A stretch of DNA of 64,000 nt from contig CAUJCN010000002.1 of NCBI GenBank assembly GCA_963169855.1, positions 133,508-197,507 of the forward strand, read 5' to 3'. The stretch comes from Patescibacteria group bacterium (GTDB taxonomy: Bacteria > Patescibacteriota > Dojkabacteria > J137). The translations under genes were made by a program, and so were the position numbers. The first letter of the stretch is position 1. Each line of letters opens with the position of its first letter. This document shows, piece after piece, positions 19,086 through 28,690 of this stretch. The notes beneath the pieces were generated by a model that was given only the letters and a program-made list of their open reading frames with translations, was not told the origin of the DNA and did no database searches.

Positions 19086-20792
19086 TTACATCATGAATTG
19101 CTTCTCGTCTTCTATGTCTCTTAAATCTGTAACTCTTTTTGTAGCGTAGAAATTATTCTTATTGTATCCTTCCTCTACTTTCTGAACAATTTGTTGTAAC
19201 TCAGCAACATCAGAAGCTGTGTAAAGTTTATCTTTCTCATCTGCACTCAAAAGAGAGTTTAATGATGGAAGTTTTGCTTTCCACCCTTCTCCAAAAAGAA
19301 TAACTGGCTTATGCTTTCCGTAATACATTTTTTGCATCGCTAGCAAGAACATAATGTCTGTTAGGTTTACCAATCCATGTGTGTCTACAACAATAAACAA
19401 TTCAGAACTTGTGTATAAATATCTAAGTCTTTCTACGATATTCGAGAATAAAGTTTCTGTATAGTTCTTTAAATCAGGAATTTCTCCATTAGGTTCATCT
19501 GAATATGCAGAGAAGTATGGTCTTAGGTAAGCACCATTAATCTCCAAATTTGTAGCATCTTTTAACTCATCCATAACAACCTTTCCATATCCTTGTGACG
19601 AGTCTAAGAATATTCTAGAAATCGATGATTTAAGTGCTGAAACTAACGATCTTAATGTTGATTCGTAGTTAGAGTCGTTCAAGTCCGAGTTCAATCCAAT
19701 GAAAGCAACATCTTTGAAATACTTAAGTTCTAAGTTAGAAACTGACTTACTTGGAACTTTCTCTACAGCAGGAGCTTTAGGCAGATCAAATTTTGATGCA
19801 TCTAATGGATTAGCCGCCTCTGTCTTTGGTTTTACAAATTCGACAGGAGTGATTTCCTCAAATTGCTTTGGAATCCCCTTTGGTGCTTCATTTTTAGGTG
19901 CAGGGGCAATATCTTCAAACTCTTTAGCAGGTCCTTGTGGTTTTAAATTTTGAAACGATTCCTTCTTTGGAGCTGGTTGAACGTTTTCGAATTGCTTTGG
20001 AGTCGTATTGCTCATTGTTTGTTGCGTAGCATTATTCACAGTCTCAGGAGAAAATTCATCTAGCCAACTCAAATCTAATTCTTTATTTTCGCCACCAGCT
20101 ATAGGTGCGACAGGCTTAACTGGAGATTCATTTGCTGATCCTGTAAGCTGTGACCAATCAATCTGAGGCATGTTTGTAGTTTGTGCGGGAACATTGCCCT
20201 TGCTCGAAACTGTTTCCGAAACACTAGGTGCGGGCTGGAAAGACATATCAAGTTCATCATTTAGTGATTTTGCAGGTGTAGGTGGTTGTGAGTTAAAAAC
20301 AACAGAATCCATAGCTGGGTCGAAGTTAAATTTCGTTGTGTTTTCAACTACAGGTTCTTGTTGAACTGATGGTGCAGGTGTGTCTAAACTAATTTTAGGT
20401 AACTCTTCATTAAAATCTAAATCAATTCCACCCAAGTCCAACTTATCATTCTGACTAGGATTTTGCTGAGTAGTCATGCTAACCCCATCGTTCATCATTG
20501 CAGTTTGTGTAGAAGATGATTGCACATTACTTTGAGCAAATTGATTAGGATCAATTGCTGAATTCTGTGCAGGATTTGTTTGAGGACTAGCTTGGCCTCC
20601 ATAATTTGGAGTCAATGGCGCTCCGGCTGATGGAAGCGGATAAGATACAGATGAATTGCCAAAGAAACTTCCGTAACTGGCTTGAACATCATTGTTATCA
20701 TCATCGTCGTTTTGTGTTTGAAAAGATGCAGCTCCCTGCTGTGAGTTGGTATCTTGCTGCGGACTCTTCTTTAAAAAATCTAATACGCCCAT
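19086..20792 (-). CDS. LOG/SLOG-like (TIGR00730-type Rossmann) domain protein with a ~380-aa Q/N/P/S-rich disordered N-terminal region
   Basis: The C-terminal FIVVDTHGLVNLTDIMFLLAMQKMYYGKHKPVILFGEGW resembles the LOG PGGxGTxxE…KPxxL motif. The N-terminal two thirds are low-complexity. Confidence 0.45.
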   Translation of the reverse strand: MGVLDFLKKSPQQDTNSQQGAASFQTQNDDDDNNDVQASYGSFFGNSSVSYPLPSAGAPLTPNYGGQASPQTNPAQNSAIDPNQFAQSNVQSSSTQTAMMNDGVSMTTQQNPSQNDKLDLGGIDLDFNEELPKISLDTPAPSVQQEPVVENTTKFNFDPAMDSVVFNSQPPTPAKSLNDELDMSFQPAPSVSETVSSKGNVPAQTTNMPQIDWSQLTGSANESPVKPVAPIAGGENKELDLSWLDEFSPETVNNATQQTMSNTTPKQFENVQPAPKKESFQNLKPQGPAKEFEDIAPAPKNEAPKGIPKQFEEITPVEFVKPKTEAANPLDASKFDLPKAPAVEKVPSKSVSNLELKYFKDVAFIGLNSDLNDSNYESTLRSLVSALKSSISRIFLDSSQGYGKVVMDELKDATNLEINGAYLRPYFSAYSDEPNGEIPDLKNYTETLFSNIVERLRYLYTSSELFIVVDTHGLVNLTDIMFLLAMQKMYYGKHKPVILFGEGWKAKLPSLNSLLSADEKDKLYTASDVAELQQIVQKVEEGYNKNNFYATKRVTDLRDIEDEKQFMM

Positions 20793-20898
20793 AAGAAATT
20801 TAGTTAACTTAGTTACTAGTTATAAAATACTATAAATTTAAGATGACTACAAGTTTATTTGAGTTTTAAGTAGAATTGAGAATGTTTATCTGCAAGGG

Positions 20899-21150
20899 CT
20901 ATTCGGCGTCAATGTCATCTTCAGAATCATTTAAAATACTTTCTAAATGTTCTACCATGTCCTGAAAATCTTCACCTTCGATTCCATGAAGTCCAGCACC
21001 TTCGATTAGATTATCAAATCCTGAGAAAAGGCAATTCACACAATGGAATTCATAATCTTCAGTAAGTACATCCACAAGTTGTGGGTATGTATCAATTAGA
21101 TCCGAGATCTGCATATTTGGATCAAGTTTTATTTTCTTATCTTTTCCCAT
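20899..21150 (-). CDS. Small acidic Cys-containing protein, DUF1858-like
   Basis: An 83-aa protein with ISDLIDTYPQLVDVL…HCVNC; the family assignment is tentative. Confidence 0.35.
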   Translation of the reverse strand: MGKDKKIKLDPNMQISDLIDTYPQLVDVLTEDYEFHCVNCLFSGFDNLIEGAGLHGIEGEDFQDMVEHLESILNDSEDDIDAE

Positions 21151-22460
21151 ACTTCTGAAATTTTAAAATTCATTTCTTCCGGCTTTAAAGTAGATACGGC
21201 TCCAATATTTAGTTGATCCCAATTGTAAGTTCTTCGAATTTCTTCTAAGATCTCTTCAAATTGAATTCCTTTTACAAGCTCGATGTATTCTTCTAAAGTG
21301 TAGCTTTTTCCATGAAGTTCTTGTTCCTTATCTTGTTTAATTATCCAATTAAGTACTTGCTCAGGATTATCGTAACGCATTTCTTCTGTATCAACCACTC
21401 TCTTTACAATCATCTTGAAAATCTCTTCGCCTTCACCTTTTTCTTTAATTCTCTCTAAGCCTGAGTAGGCTTCTTCTAAAACTGTTTGAAGATTTTCTGG
21501 AGCAAACGAAGTCTCGATGTAATTCATAGATCTACTGAACAGCCCTAAATTATCTGCGTAAACTCCGTAAACCATTCCTAATTCTTCTCTCAACCTTCTC
21601 CATAAAATCGATTTCTGAAACTGTGGATTTGCTATTACAAAATTAGCGAATTTAGCAATCAATCTGTTTCTGAAGGTGTCGTGTTTAACGCTTAATCCTG
21701 GGAAACTTAAAGTTAGGTATAGCTGATCAACATCCCCTTTAAATTTAGATTGCACTGTAAACCCTGTATATTCAGGGAATTGCGTTTCGTAAGAATGCAA
21801 CGATTGATTAGAATTCTTTAAGCCTCCAAAATGTTTCTCGAGTGATTTTTTCAGATCATCAATTTCGAAATTTCCAACCACAAAAATCTCAATATTGCTT
21901 GTAGTATAGTTTTCTTCGTAAAAATTTCTTAAATCATCTCTAGAATACTTTTTAAGATTCTCAACAGTTCCGATGATTTGTCGGTTAAAAGGTGTTTCTT
22001 TTTCAGCAAATCTTGATTCCATTAGAACCTCTATTACTTTTGTGTCTACAGAGTCTGCATCGCGTTTTAATTCATCAAGAATAATTCCCCTTTCTTTTTC
22101 CACGTCTTCTTTTGTATGGTTTGGGTGAATTACAAGCTGACTGTAGTATCTGATTGCGTCGTCCAAATATCTATATGGATAAACTCCATGATATGAGGTC
22201 ACATCGAAAGTAGTATATGCATTTCCATTTCCACTAATTGAGTTTGAAAAATCATCAATTTCTTCCCATGTTTTAAAATCTCGAGTACTATCAAAAGCTA
22301 AATGTTCTAAGAAGTGAGAAATACCTGTTGTATCTTTGGTTTCGTCTAACGAACCGATTTTTACACTTACATTTATGCTTACTGAGTGAATATCTGTAAC
22401 TCTATAACATATACACTTTATACCGTTTTCAAGTTGAAATTTGTAACTTTGTCCTTTCAT
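21129..22460 (-). CDS. M16 family (pitrilysin/insulinase-type) zinc peptidase
   Basis: It carries the inverted zinc motif GISHFLEHLAF (HxxEH). Confidence 0.75.
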   Translation of the reverse strand: MKGQSYKFQLENGIKCICYRVTDIHSVSINVSVKIGSLDETKDTTGISHFLEHLAFDSTRDFKTWEEIDDFSNSISGNGNAYTTFDVTSYHGVYPYRYLDDAIRYYSQLVIHPNHTKEDVEKERGIILDELKRDADSVDTKVIEVLMESRFAEKETPFNRQIIGTVENLKKYSRDDLRNFYEENYTTSNIEIFVVGNFEIDDLKKSLEKHFGGLKNSNQSLHSYETQFPEYTGFTVQSKFKGDVDQLYLTLSFPGLSVKHDTFRNRLIAKFANFVIANPQFQKSILWRRLREELGMVYGVYADNLGLFSRSMNYIETSFAPENLQTVLEEAYSGLERIKEKGEGEEIFKMIVKRVVDTEEMRYDNPEQVLNWIIKQDKEQELHGKSYTLEEYIELVKGIQFEEILEEIRRTYNWDQLNIGAVSTLKPEEMNFKISEVWEKIRK

Positions 22461-22577
22461 TCATATGTCTTAACCGCAAGTATTATACCACTCATGGATT
22501 AAGATCGAAGTTAGAAGCTTGAAGATAGAAAAGACGAAGAGTCGAAGATGTTAAGATGAGAAAACAAAGATGTCATA

Positions 22578-23309
22578 GTGAGCAGCGAGGCACGAGCGTG
22601 TCGAACTATTGAACATTATAAGAATAACCCGTATTATAGTTGTATGATCGATGTTAATAAACTACAAAGTGTAAAATTATTCAGATGGACTAGAGACTAT
22701 CTATTCCAAGTAATTGCAAAGATTGTGATTGATGATCCAATTCTTCTCTCTGCTTTTAAAGAGATAGACAGAGCTGATTTTGTGCCTGAAAAGCTTCTAG
22801 ATTCTGCATATGCTGATTCTGAGTTAGAATTAGCCTACGGAGAAAAACTTACCAGCCCTATAATTGTTGCTGATATGCTGAACCAAGTAAAACCAGTCCC
22901 TGGTGGAGTTTATCTTGATATTGGAACAGGCACTGGATATGTAGCTGCTCTTCTGGCGTATTCTGCTACCGAAACTGGAAAGGTTTACAGCATAGAAAGA
23001 ATACAATGGTTATGGGAAGCAGCAAGATCAAATGTTAGGAAATATAAATTCAGTAACGTAGAAATTGTCTATCGAGACGGGATGGAAGGACTTCCCTTAA
23101 AAGCACCTTTCGATGGAATTCATGTTTCTTTTATTCTTGACGACGCTACTGTAGATAGATTAAAAACACAATTGAGAAATAATGGTGGCAAGTTAGTCTA
23201 TCCTGATTCAAACAACAATATTATTGTATTAGAACGGTCAGGAGATAACTATACAACAGAAATAGTAAAAGGACATGTTTTTCAAACTGGGAAAATTGGA
23301 CTTAGTTAA
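22578..23309 (+). CDS. pcm: Protein-L-isoaspartate O-methyltransferase
   Basis: YLDIGTGTGYVAALLA…TGKVYSIERI is the SAM-binding motif in PCMT context. The true start may be the internal Met at 22644 (MIDVNKL…). Confidence 0.7.
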   Translation: MSSEARACRTIEHYKNNPYYSCMIDVNKLQSVKLFRWTRDYLFQVIAKIVIDDPILLSAFKEIDRADFVPEKLLDSAYADSELELAYGEKLTSPIIVADMLNQVKPVPGGVYLDIGTGTGYVAALLAYSATETGKVYSIERIQWLWEAARSNVRKYKFSNVEIVYRDGMEGLPLKAPFDGIHVSFILDDATVDRLKTQLRNNGGKLVYPDSNNNIIVLERSGDNYTTEIVKGHVFQTGKIGLS

Positions 23310-23631
23310 TTTTTGAGATTTTACCTTCTCCAACTAAGTAAACAGCAGGGATTGAAATATCGTATTGGTCTAATTGACCTTCAGTCAGCTTTTCAGCACT
23401 AATTTTATACCCTTTGATTGATCTTAGTGTAGTTTCACTCTGAAGTTTAGCATCGCACCATCCACACCAATTTGTTTCTACAACCAATACGCTCAAGTTA
23501 GATGAGTTTATTAAGGAATCGATTTCGGAAATTTCTTCCACAGCATCGTTAGAATATACGTCTACTTTAAGGTATCCGCCGAATACCAAGACTCCAACAA
23601 TCAATAATGTAACCAAAAAATATTTTTTCAT
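23302..23631 (-). CDS. Thioredoxin-like protein with N-terminal signal anchor
   Basis: It has a WCGWC redox motif and an N-terminal hydrophobic helix. It overlaps pcm convergently by 8 nt. Confidence 0.5.
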   Translation of the reverse strand: MKKYFLVTLLIVGVLVFGGYLKVDVYSNDAVEEISEIDSLINSSNLSVLVVETNWCGWCDAKLQSETTLRSIKGYKISAEKLTEGQLDQYDISIPAVYLVGEGKISKIN

Positions 23632-23705
23632 ATTTTGCGATATATAGAATATCAGTAATTCAATACTATGTAAAGAGATATGACCATTGTGTTGTATAAT
23701 TAATT

Positions 23706-24512
23706 ATGATCAATTTTAATAAAAACGTTACCCTACTTGGTGGACAGGCTTTTAATTGGATGCCAAAAAATGACATTTTTGTAGGCTTCTTTACTGACAA
23801 AATTGTTGTTGTCTCAGACAAAATTGAAGTTTTCGGTAACGATAATTTTGATGCGGAAACATACTTTAATCCAAATAAAAACTTGGATGAGATACGAAAA
23901 TCATATTCAAATGATCAGTTTGTAACCGAATCAATGTCTAAATACCGCGATTTGAGGGTGCTAAATCAAGATTTCGAGGTAACCTTACTCAGCTTTATCT
24001 TAACTTCCCATAAAAATATCAAAGCTGTTAGGAAATTGGTATCTGACCTTACACAAAAATATGGAAGAGAAATTGAGACTCCTTACGGAATTTTCAAGAC
24101 TTTTCCATCTGCTGAAAATATAGCTAATGCTTCTGAGAAGGAACTGCGAGATATTGGTGCTGGTTTTAGAGCAAAATATCTTTTACAAGCTGCCCAAAAA
24201 CTTGCGAATGAAAAAGAAAAATACTCTACTTTCACTACAAGACAAGAATGGGAGGACTATTTGATAAGTTTTACAGGAATTGGGGAGAAAATCCGAGACT
24301 GCATTCTCGTTTTTGGACTAGGATTCACTGATATAACCCCTTTAGATGTATGGGGAAAAAGAGTTCTGACTGATTTTTATGGTGTTGATCCTAAACTTTC
24401 TTACGAACAAATGCGAAATAAATTTACTGAAATGTTTGGTGAGAATACTTCCATTATCGGCCAGTATTTATTTGAGTATATTAGAGAGTTCAAAGCTGAA
24501 AAGCTTTTATAG
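23706..24512 (+). CDS. HhH-GPD superfamily DNA glycosylase (Ogg/AGOG-like)
   Basis: FTGIGEKIRDCILVFGLGFTDITPLDVWGKRV contains the helix-hairpin-helix and the Gly/Pro…Asp motif. Confidence 0.55.
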   Translation: MINFNKNVTLLGGQAFNWMPKNDIFVGFFTDKIVVVSDKIEVFGNDNFDAETYFNPNKNLDEIRKSYSNDQFVTESMSKYRDLRVLNQDFEVTLLSFILTSHKNIKAVRKLVSDLTQKYGREIETPYGIFKTFPSAENIANASEKELRDIGAGFRAKYLLQAAQKLANEKEKYSTFTTRQEWEDYLISFTGIGEKIRDCILVFGLGFTDITPLDVWGKRVLTDFYGVDPKLSYEQMRNKFTEMFGENTSIIGQYLFEYIREFKAEKLL

Positions 24513-25055
24513 ATCGTTAACTTCTTCTCTATTTTTCTTTTTCAGTTCTGCTGCCGTGTAAAGCTCTTGCGGATTTTCTACATATCTTAGAAATAGTTTT
24601 CCATCTAAGTGATCAATTTCGTGCTGAAAAACATGAGACTGATAATCTCTAACTCGGACTACTTTCTCTTCTCCATTAATATCTAGAAATTTCACTTCTA
24701 CTTCAACTGGCCTTGCTACCTTCCCAAAAAGATCACCATCTTTAATACTTAGACAACCTTCCCATTCTGTAGATAGTTCTTCTGATCTATACGTGATTTC
24801 TGGATTAATAACTACTTCCCAGATCATTTCTTTTGATTTAGGATTAGCTTCTTCAATATCAAATCTCCTTAAAACTGTAATTCTTTTGCCGTAACCAATT
24901 TGGGGTGCTGCAAGCCCAGCTGCATGGTCTAACCTAGATTCGATTGTCTCGAAGAGATCTTCAATAATTTTGGTCACTTCAGATGACATTGGATTTTTTA
25001 CGTTTTCTGCAGGAGTCTCCAGGATTGGATTTCCCATTTGAATGATTTTTCTCAT
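24507..25055 (-). CDS. def: Peptide deformylase
   Basis: The three conserved motifs GLAAPQIG, EGCLS and HEIDHLDG are present. Confidence 0.85.
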   Translation of the reverse strand: MRKIIQMGNPILETPAENVKNPMSSEVTKIIEDLFETIESRLDHAAGLAAPQIGYGKRITVLRRFDIEEANPKSKEMIWEVVINPEITYRSEELSTEWEGCLSIKDGDLFGKVARPVEVEVKFLDINGEEKVVRVRDYQSHVFQHEIDHLDGKLFLRYVENPQELYTAAELKKKNREEVNDL

Positions 25056-25456
25056 TATCTTTCTCTAGCAACTAGTATAAATGTTAGTACAGCGGTAATT
25101 ATACTAAATACTAGTAAAGAAATGGTAGCGTCTGGGAATTCTATAGGCTGAATAGAATTTATACCTAGATTTATTGTAGATTTTGTAAATACCAAAAGTC
25201 TTAGTAAATAAGAAGATCCAAGAGCAAATGCCAAAGATAACAGAACAGTAGAAACTAACAGAAGAACGTTATTCACTTGAAGTTTAAAGAATTTGAGAAT
25301 ATTTCTAGAGAATGAAACAGTTACACCATATAAAAGACCAACTAAGACTTTATCCAAAACACCTGATGAAGTATTCAATCTTACTGCACCATCCAAAACT
25401 GTCACAACAAAGAAAAAAATGATTGTATTTACAAGAATGTCGTTTAACTTTTCCAT
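25055..25456 (-). CDS. Small integral membrane protein
   Basis: It has 3-4 hydrophobic helices. Its stop overlaps the def start. Confidence 0.35.
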   Translation of the reverse strand: MEKLNDILVNTIIFFFVVTVLDGAVRLNTSSGVLDKVLVGLLYGVTVSFSRNILKFFKLQVNNVLLLVSTVLLSLAFALGSSYLLRLLVFTKSTINLGINSIQPIEFPDATISLLVFSIITAVLTFILVARER

Positions 25457-25494
25457 AAGTTTATTATGAATAAATTAAAAATAAAAAGCAATAG

Positions 25495-26439
25495 TTACTT
25501 GGTTGAGTCTATGCGTACCCAAGTCTTTTTGAAAGATTTTTTTAAAATTTTTCTTTCCCAGAAAATTGTTATCCACAGCCACAGTCTTGTTGGATAAAGC
25601 ATAATTGACCAGAACAATTCTTTTAGATTTGTAGCGTATTTTATAGGAAACCAGAAATACTCCAGTTCTCTCCAAAACGATCTAGTTTTAGTTTCGGTCT
25701 TAACAATTCCGTAATCCCAAAGTTGAACGTAGCCTCCAACAGATCTCTTCTTTTGTTTAAAGTAATCTGAAGAATTTTTAGGATATTTGACATAAACAAT
25801 TGCATTTGGCTCGTATTCGATTTTAAATCCTCGGTTGAAAATTTCGTATGAAAAGTATGCATCCTCAACCAAAGTATCTACAGGTGCCCTGATATCTGAT
25901 TTTCGCATTGCGAAAAGATATCCACTGACTGGGAAGAACGGTCTTTTTTTAACAAATGTAGAGGATTTTCCAGAAGTTTCGTTTGATAAGTCGATCATTC
26001 TTTTATGATGAGCCGCGTCAGATAAAAGATGCCCGAAGTATTCCATCATTGAGTTTTTTGAGTCTGAAGATCTAGGTCTTCCTGTTACAGCAAATACTTC
26101 TTCGTTCTCAAAATGCTTTAGCATTTGATTGATAACGTTTTCTCCGTAATGAACATCTCCATCTCCGAAGAACCAGATATCACCTTTTGCGTTATCCATT
26201 AGGTAATTAAGTTCTGCTGGTTTACCTTTACCTTTTCCATCTTTTACAAAGTCAGAAACCCAAACTTTATCTTCAATTCCTAACTCTCTTACTTTTTCTA
26301 AAGCTTTAGCAATTGTCTCTTGATCTGGAATACCTAAAAGCACCTCAAAATCGCCTCTAAAACCGTTTAGGAACGTTTCGATACATTTACCGATAGTTTC
26401 CTCTTCGTGCCAAGCTGTAATTAGTAATGAGATTTTCAT
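25495..26439 (-). CDS. Glycosyltransferase family 2
   Basis: The GT-A features (ISLLITAWHEEETIGKCIE…WFFGDGDVHYGENV) include a DxD-like motif. Confidence 0.7.
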   Translation of the reverse strand: MKISLLITAWHEEETIGKCIETFLNGFRGDFEVLLGIPDQETIAKALEKVRELGIEDKVWVSDFVKDGKGKGKPAELNYLMDNAKGDIWFFGDGDVHYGENVINQMLKHFENEEVFAVTGRPRSSDSKNSMMEYFGHLLSDAAHHKRMIDLSNETSGKSSTFVKKRPFFPVSGYLFAMRKSDIRAPVDTLVEDAYFSYEIFNRGFKIEYEPNAIVYVKYPKNSSDYFKQKKRSVGGYVQLWDYGIVKTETKTRSFWRELEYFWFPIKYATNLKELFWSIMLYPTRLWLWITIFWERKILKKSFKKTWVRIDSTK

Positions 26440-26466
26440 AACGAAATTATACCTTATCCTGATAAT

Positions 26467-26934
26467 TTAGATTAAAGGAAGTTGCTCTATTTCAACTAAA
26501 TGTTCTTGAATATGTTCTATATCAACATTTATTGATTTGTGTGGAGTATCTTCTGCACTTGGACCGTACTGAGATTTCCAGTTATCCAACGATAAAGATT
26601 TATACTTGTTGAGTAAGTTGCCCCAAGAAGCGGTAAACTCATCGTAAATTTGATCCCATGACTTTCCAGAACGTTTTTCTACTTCATATTTATTAAAAGC
26701 ATCAAGCTGACTATCTTTTATCCAATCCATTGGCGGTTTTCCGGAAGTAAGCAGACCCAGCTGTTTAATAGTTAACAAATTCCAACCGCTGAAGTGTGAC
26801 ATAACGTCCTTAATTGTCCATTCACCGAATACAATCTCATTTCTTTTATTTTCTGGAAAGTTATTGACCGCAGAAGTCATTTCTTTTATTGCTGATTCCA
26901 ATTCAGTGATCAGCAGATTAACATCATTCAACAT
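26467..26934 (-). CDS. DinB/ClbS-like four-helix-bundle protein (tentative)
   Basis: A 155-aa helical protein with WTIKDVMSHFSGW; the family assignment is weak. Confidence 0.3.
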   Translation of the reverse strand: MLNDVNLLITELESAIKEMTSAVNNFPENKRNEIVFGEWTIKDVMSHFSGWNLLTIKQLGLLTSGKPPMDWIKDSQLDAFNKYEVEKRSGKSWDQIYDEFTASWGNLLNKYKSLSLDNWKSQYGPSAEDTPHKSINVDIEHIQEHLVEIEQLPLI

Positions 26935-27033
26935 AATAATTCTAAGTGATTAATAATAAAATTATACATATTGTTGATGGAAGTGTCGAACTATAAATGA
27001 GATGGCAACTTAGAACTTGTAAAAAATTCCGCA

Positions 27034-27537
27034 ATGAATATACAATGTAATATGGAACAGAAACCAGAATTTGAAACTGTTTTAAACCTTCTAGCTGATA
27101 TTGCTGGATACTTCGATGCTCTAAAAGTAAACTATCTCGTTTACGGCTCAATAGCTTATCTCATTTTTACAAAAGATTTGGGTCTTTACGTGAATGACAT
27201 AGATATTATCGTAAGCAAAGATGACTTTGACAGAATATCCGAAGTTTTCGCAAACAACGATCTTCCTTACAATTTAAATATCACTGAAAACGCAATTCAT
27301 GCTAATCACAAAACACTAACAGGTAATGATGGTAAGCCCTTCGATGTATCGTTAGATTCCTTCGAACACTATTTCGAAGGACGGGGAATAACATTCGAAG
27401 ATTTCACTTCTGTCAAAATTGACGGAGCTGAAGTCAAAGTACTACCAAAAAACAAACTGATTGAGCTTTATGAAGGTAAGAGCAAGGATCAGATTGTGGC
27501 GAGACAGCGATTAGAAACACTTATGAGGTCAGCCTAA
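27034..27537 (+). CDS. Nucleotidyltransferase of the ANT(2'')/Lnu (PF10706-like) family
   Basis: LKVNYLVYGSIAYLIFTKDLGLYVNDIDIIV resembles the Gly-rich hG(G/S) and DxD catalytic region of ANT(2'')-Ia and Lnu(A). The size (167 aa) also fits. Confidence 0.5.
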   Translation: MNIQCNMEQKPEFETVLNLLADIAGYFDALKVNYLVYGSIAYLIFTKDLGLYVNDIDIIVSKDDFDRISEVFANNDLPYNLNITENAIHANHKTLTGNDGKPFDVSLDSFEHYFEGRGITFEDFTSVKIDGAEVKVLPKNKLIELYEGKSKDQIVARQRLETLMRSA

Positions 27538-27930
27538 TTGATTTAATATCCTCAACTGCAAGCCAAGCAGCAGCACTTCCAAAACCTTTCTTATTAATTT
27601 CAAATGGACTTTCAGTTTTTGGATTAGTTAATCTGATGAGAGTTACAAATCTTTTTGGTTGATAAAATTCACTGTAAGTTCTATCAATCAAACAAATATC
27701 ATCTCCATAATCTCTTACAATTTTGTAGAACAAACTTTCATCTAAATTCTCAAACCGGATAACTTCGGAAACTTCTGCTGAAGCTGTAACTGGCTTTCCA
27801 GAATCTTTGAAGAATATTGTGTCGTCTTTACGTACCTTTCCCTAAGGAGTGATTTTGTTTACAGATCAACGTGATTCGATAACTTTTTCGCCAGAAAGTA
27901 TTTTGGAAATGTAGCCATATTTTTTATTCA
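27521..27930 (-). pseudogene. Disrupted ASCH-domain gene (in-frame stop and frameshift)
   Basis: The minus strand from ATG 27930 reads MNKKYGYISKILSGEKVIESRW*, an ASCH-like N-terminus. After a shift it continues …GKVRKDDTIFFKDSGKPVTASAEVSEVIRFENL…, joining the track ORF 27521..27733. Confidence 0.5.
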
Positions 27931-27949
27931 TTATGGCAACGTGATGCAT

Positions 27950-28570
27950 TTACTTCAGACTAGTTATTAATCCCGATTCTATCTCATCTTTGACTGTATC
28001 TTCGATAGTTTTATCTGTGAACTTAACTTCCCACAAATCATTCATTTTGAATATTAAAGTTCTGTGATGACCGTTATCTGATCTTACGAATTCTAAATCC
28101 CTTAAACCAAATTCTTTTTCAAGTTCATCAAAGTTAGGAACCCAAATTTCTGCATGGTCCAATCCAGATTTAAATGTCCCAACTTTTTCTGGCTTCGGCT
28201 CCATTATTTCTAAATAGAAAACACTACCAAAAGATGTAGTTTCAATTGCATTCTTAAGTCTAACTGTGGTGATCCTCCGATTATTCATCTGGATGTAATT
28301 TGCTGAGGCGAAAAAAGCAAGGTTATCATTTATAAAGTTTTCATACTCTGAAGTATCTGAAAGCTTTACGGCAATGTGATCTATTTTATAAGGTACTAAA
28401 TCTCGTAACCCTTTCACATCAAGATACTCTGTTAGAACACCTTCATATTCTTCAATTTTAGATACTAAAGTTTCTAATGTTAGTTTCTGCATATCATTTT
28501 GTGAATAAATATATTTCAAATAAACCTGTAGAATATGACGAGACTCGAACTCGTCTTTCGTAAAACTCAA
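27950..28570 (-). CDS. VOC (glyoxalase/bleomycin-resistance)-like protein (tentative)
   Basis: IDHIAVKLSD and LDHAEIWVPNFDE resemble VOC metal-binding strands. The first 12 codons overlap a tRNA T-arm-like fragment, so the true start may be Met27 (28492). Confidence 0.35.
   Translation of the reverse strand: MSFTKDEFESRHILQVYLKYIYSQNDMQKLTLETLVSKIEEYEGVLTEYLDVKGLRDLVPYKIDHIAVKLSDTSEYENFINDNLAFFASANYIQMNNRRITTVRLKNAIETTSFGSVFYLEIMEPKPEKVGTFKSGLDHAEIWVPNFDELEKEFGLRDLEFVRSDNGHHRTLIFKMNDLWEVKFTDKTIEDTVKDEIESGLITSLK
28538..28556 (-). repeat. Duplicate of the tRNA-Gly T-arm/3' end (GACGAGTTCGAGTCTCGTC) about 40 nt downstream of the intact tRNA
   Basis: A 16-nt stretch is identical to the T-arm of tRNA-Gly at 28603..28620 and no acceptor partner is found. 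It could be an att-site or recombination scar. Confidence 0.5.
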
Positions 28571-28595
28571 GAGAGACTTATGTTGAAATCTTAAA

Positions 28596-28668
28596 AGCGA
28601 TGGACGAGACTCGAACTCGCGACCTTTTCCTTGGCAAGGAAACGTTCTACCAATTGAACTACCATCGC
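28596..28668 (-). tRNA. tRNA-Gly (anticodon GCC), no encoded CCA
   Basis: The cloverleaf was folded by hand. The acceptor stem is GCGAUGG/CCAUCGC, the D-arm GUUC/GAAC, the anticodon stem UUUCC/GGAAA with loop UUGCCAA, and the T-arm GCGAG-UUCGAGU-CUCGU. Confidence 0.8.
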
Positions 28669-28690
28669 TTTTAAGATTCTAACTGTACTT

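Noticed and set aside
22461-22577. Purine-rich GAAGA-type repeats upstream of pcm as a regulatory element or riboswitch
   Set aside because: It is only a loose purine-rich low-complexity tract with no defined repeat unit or conserved structure visible.
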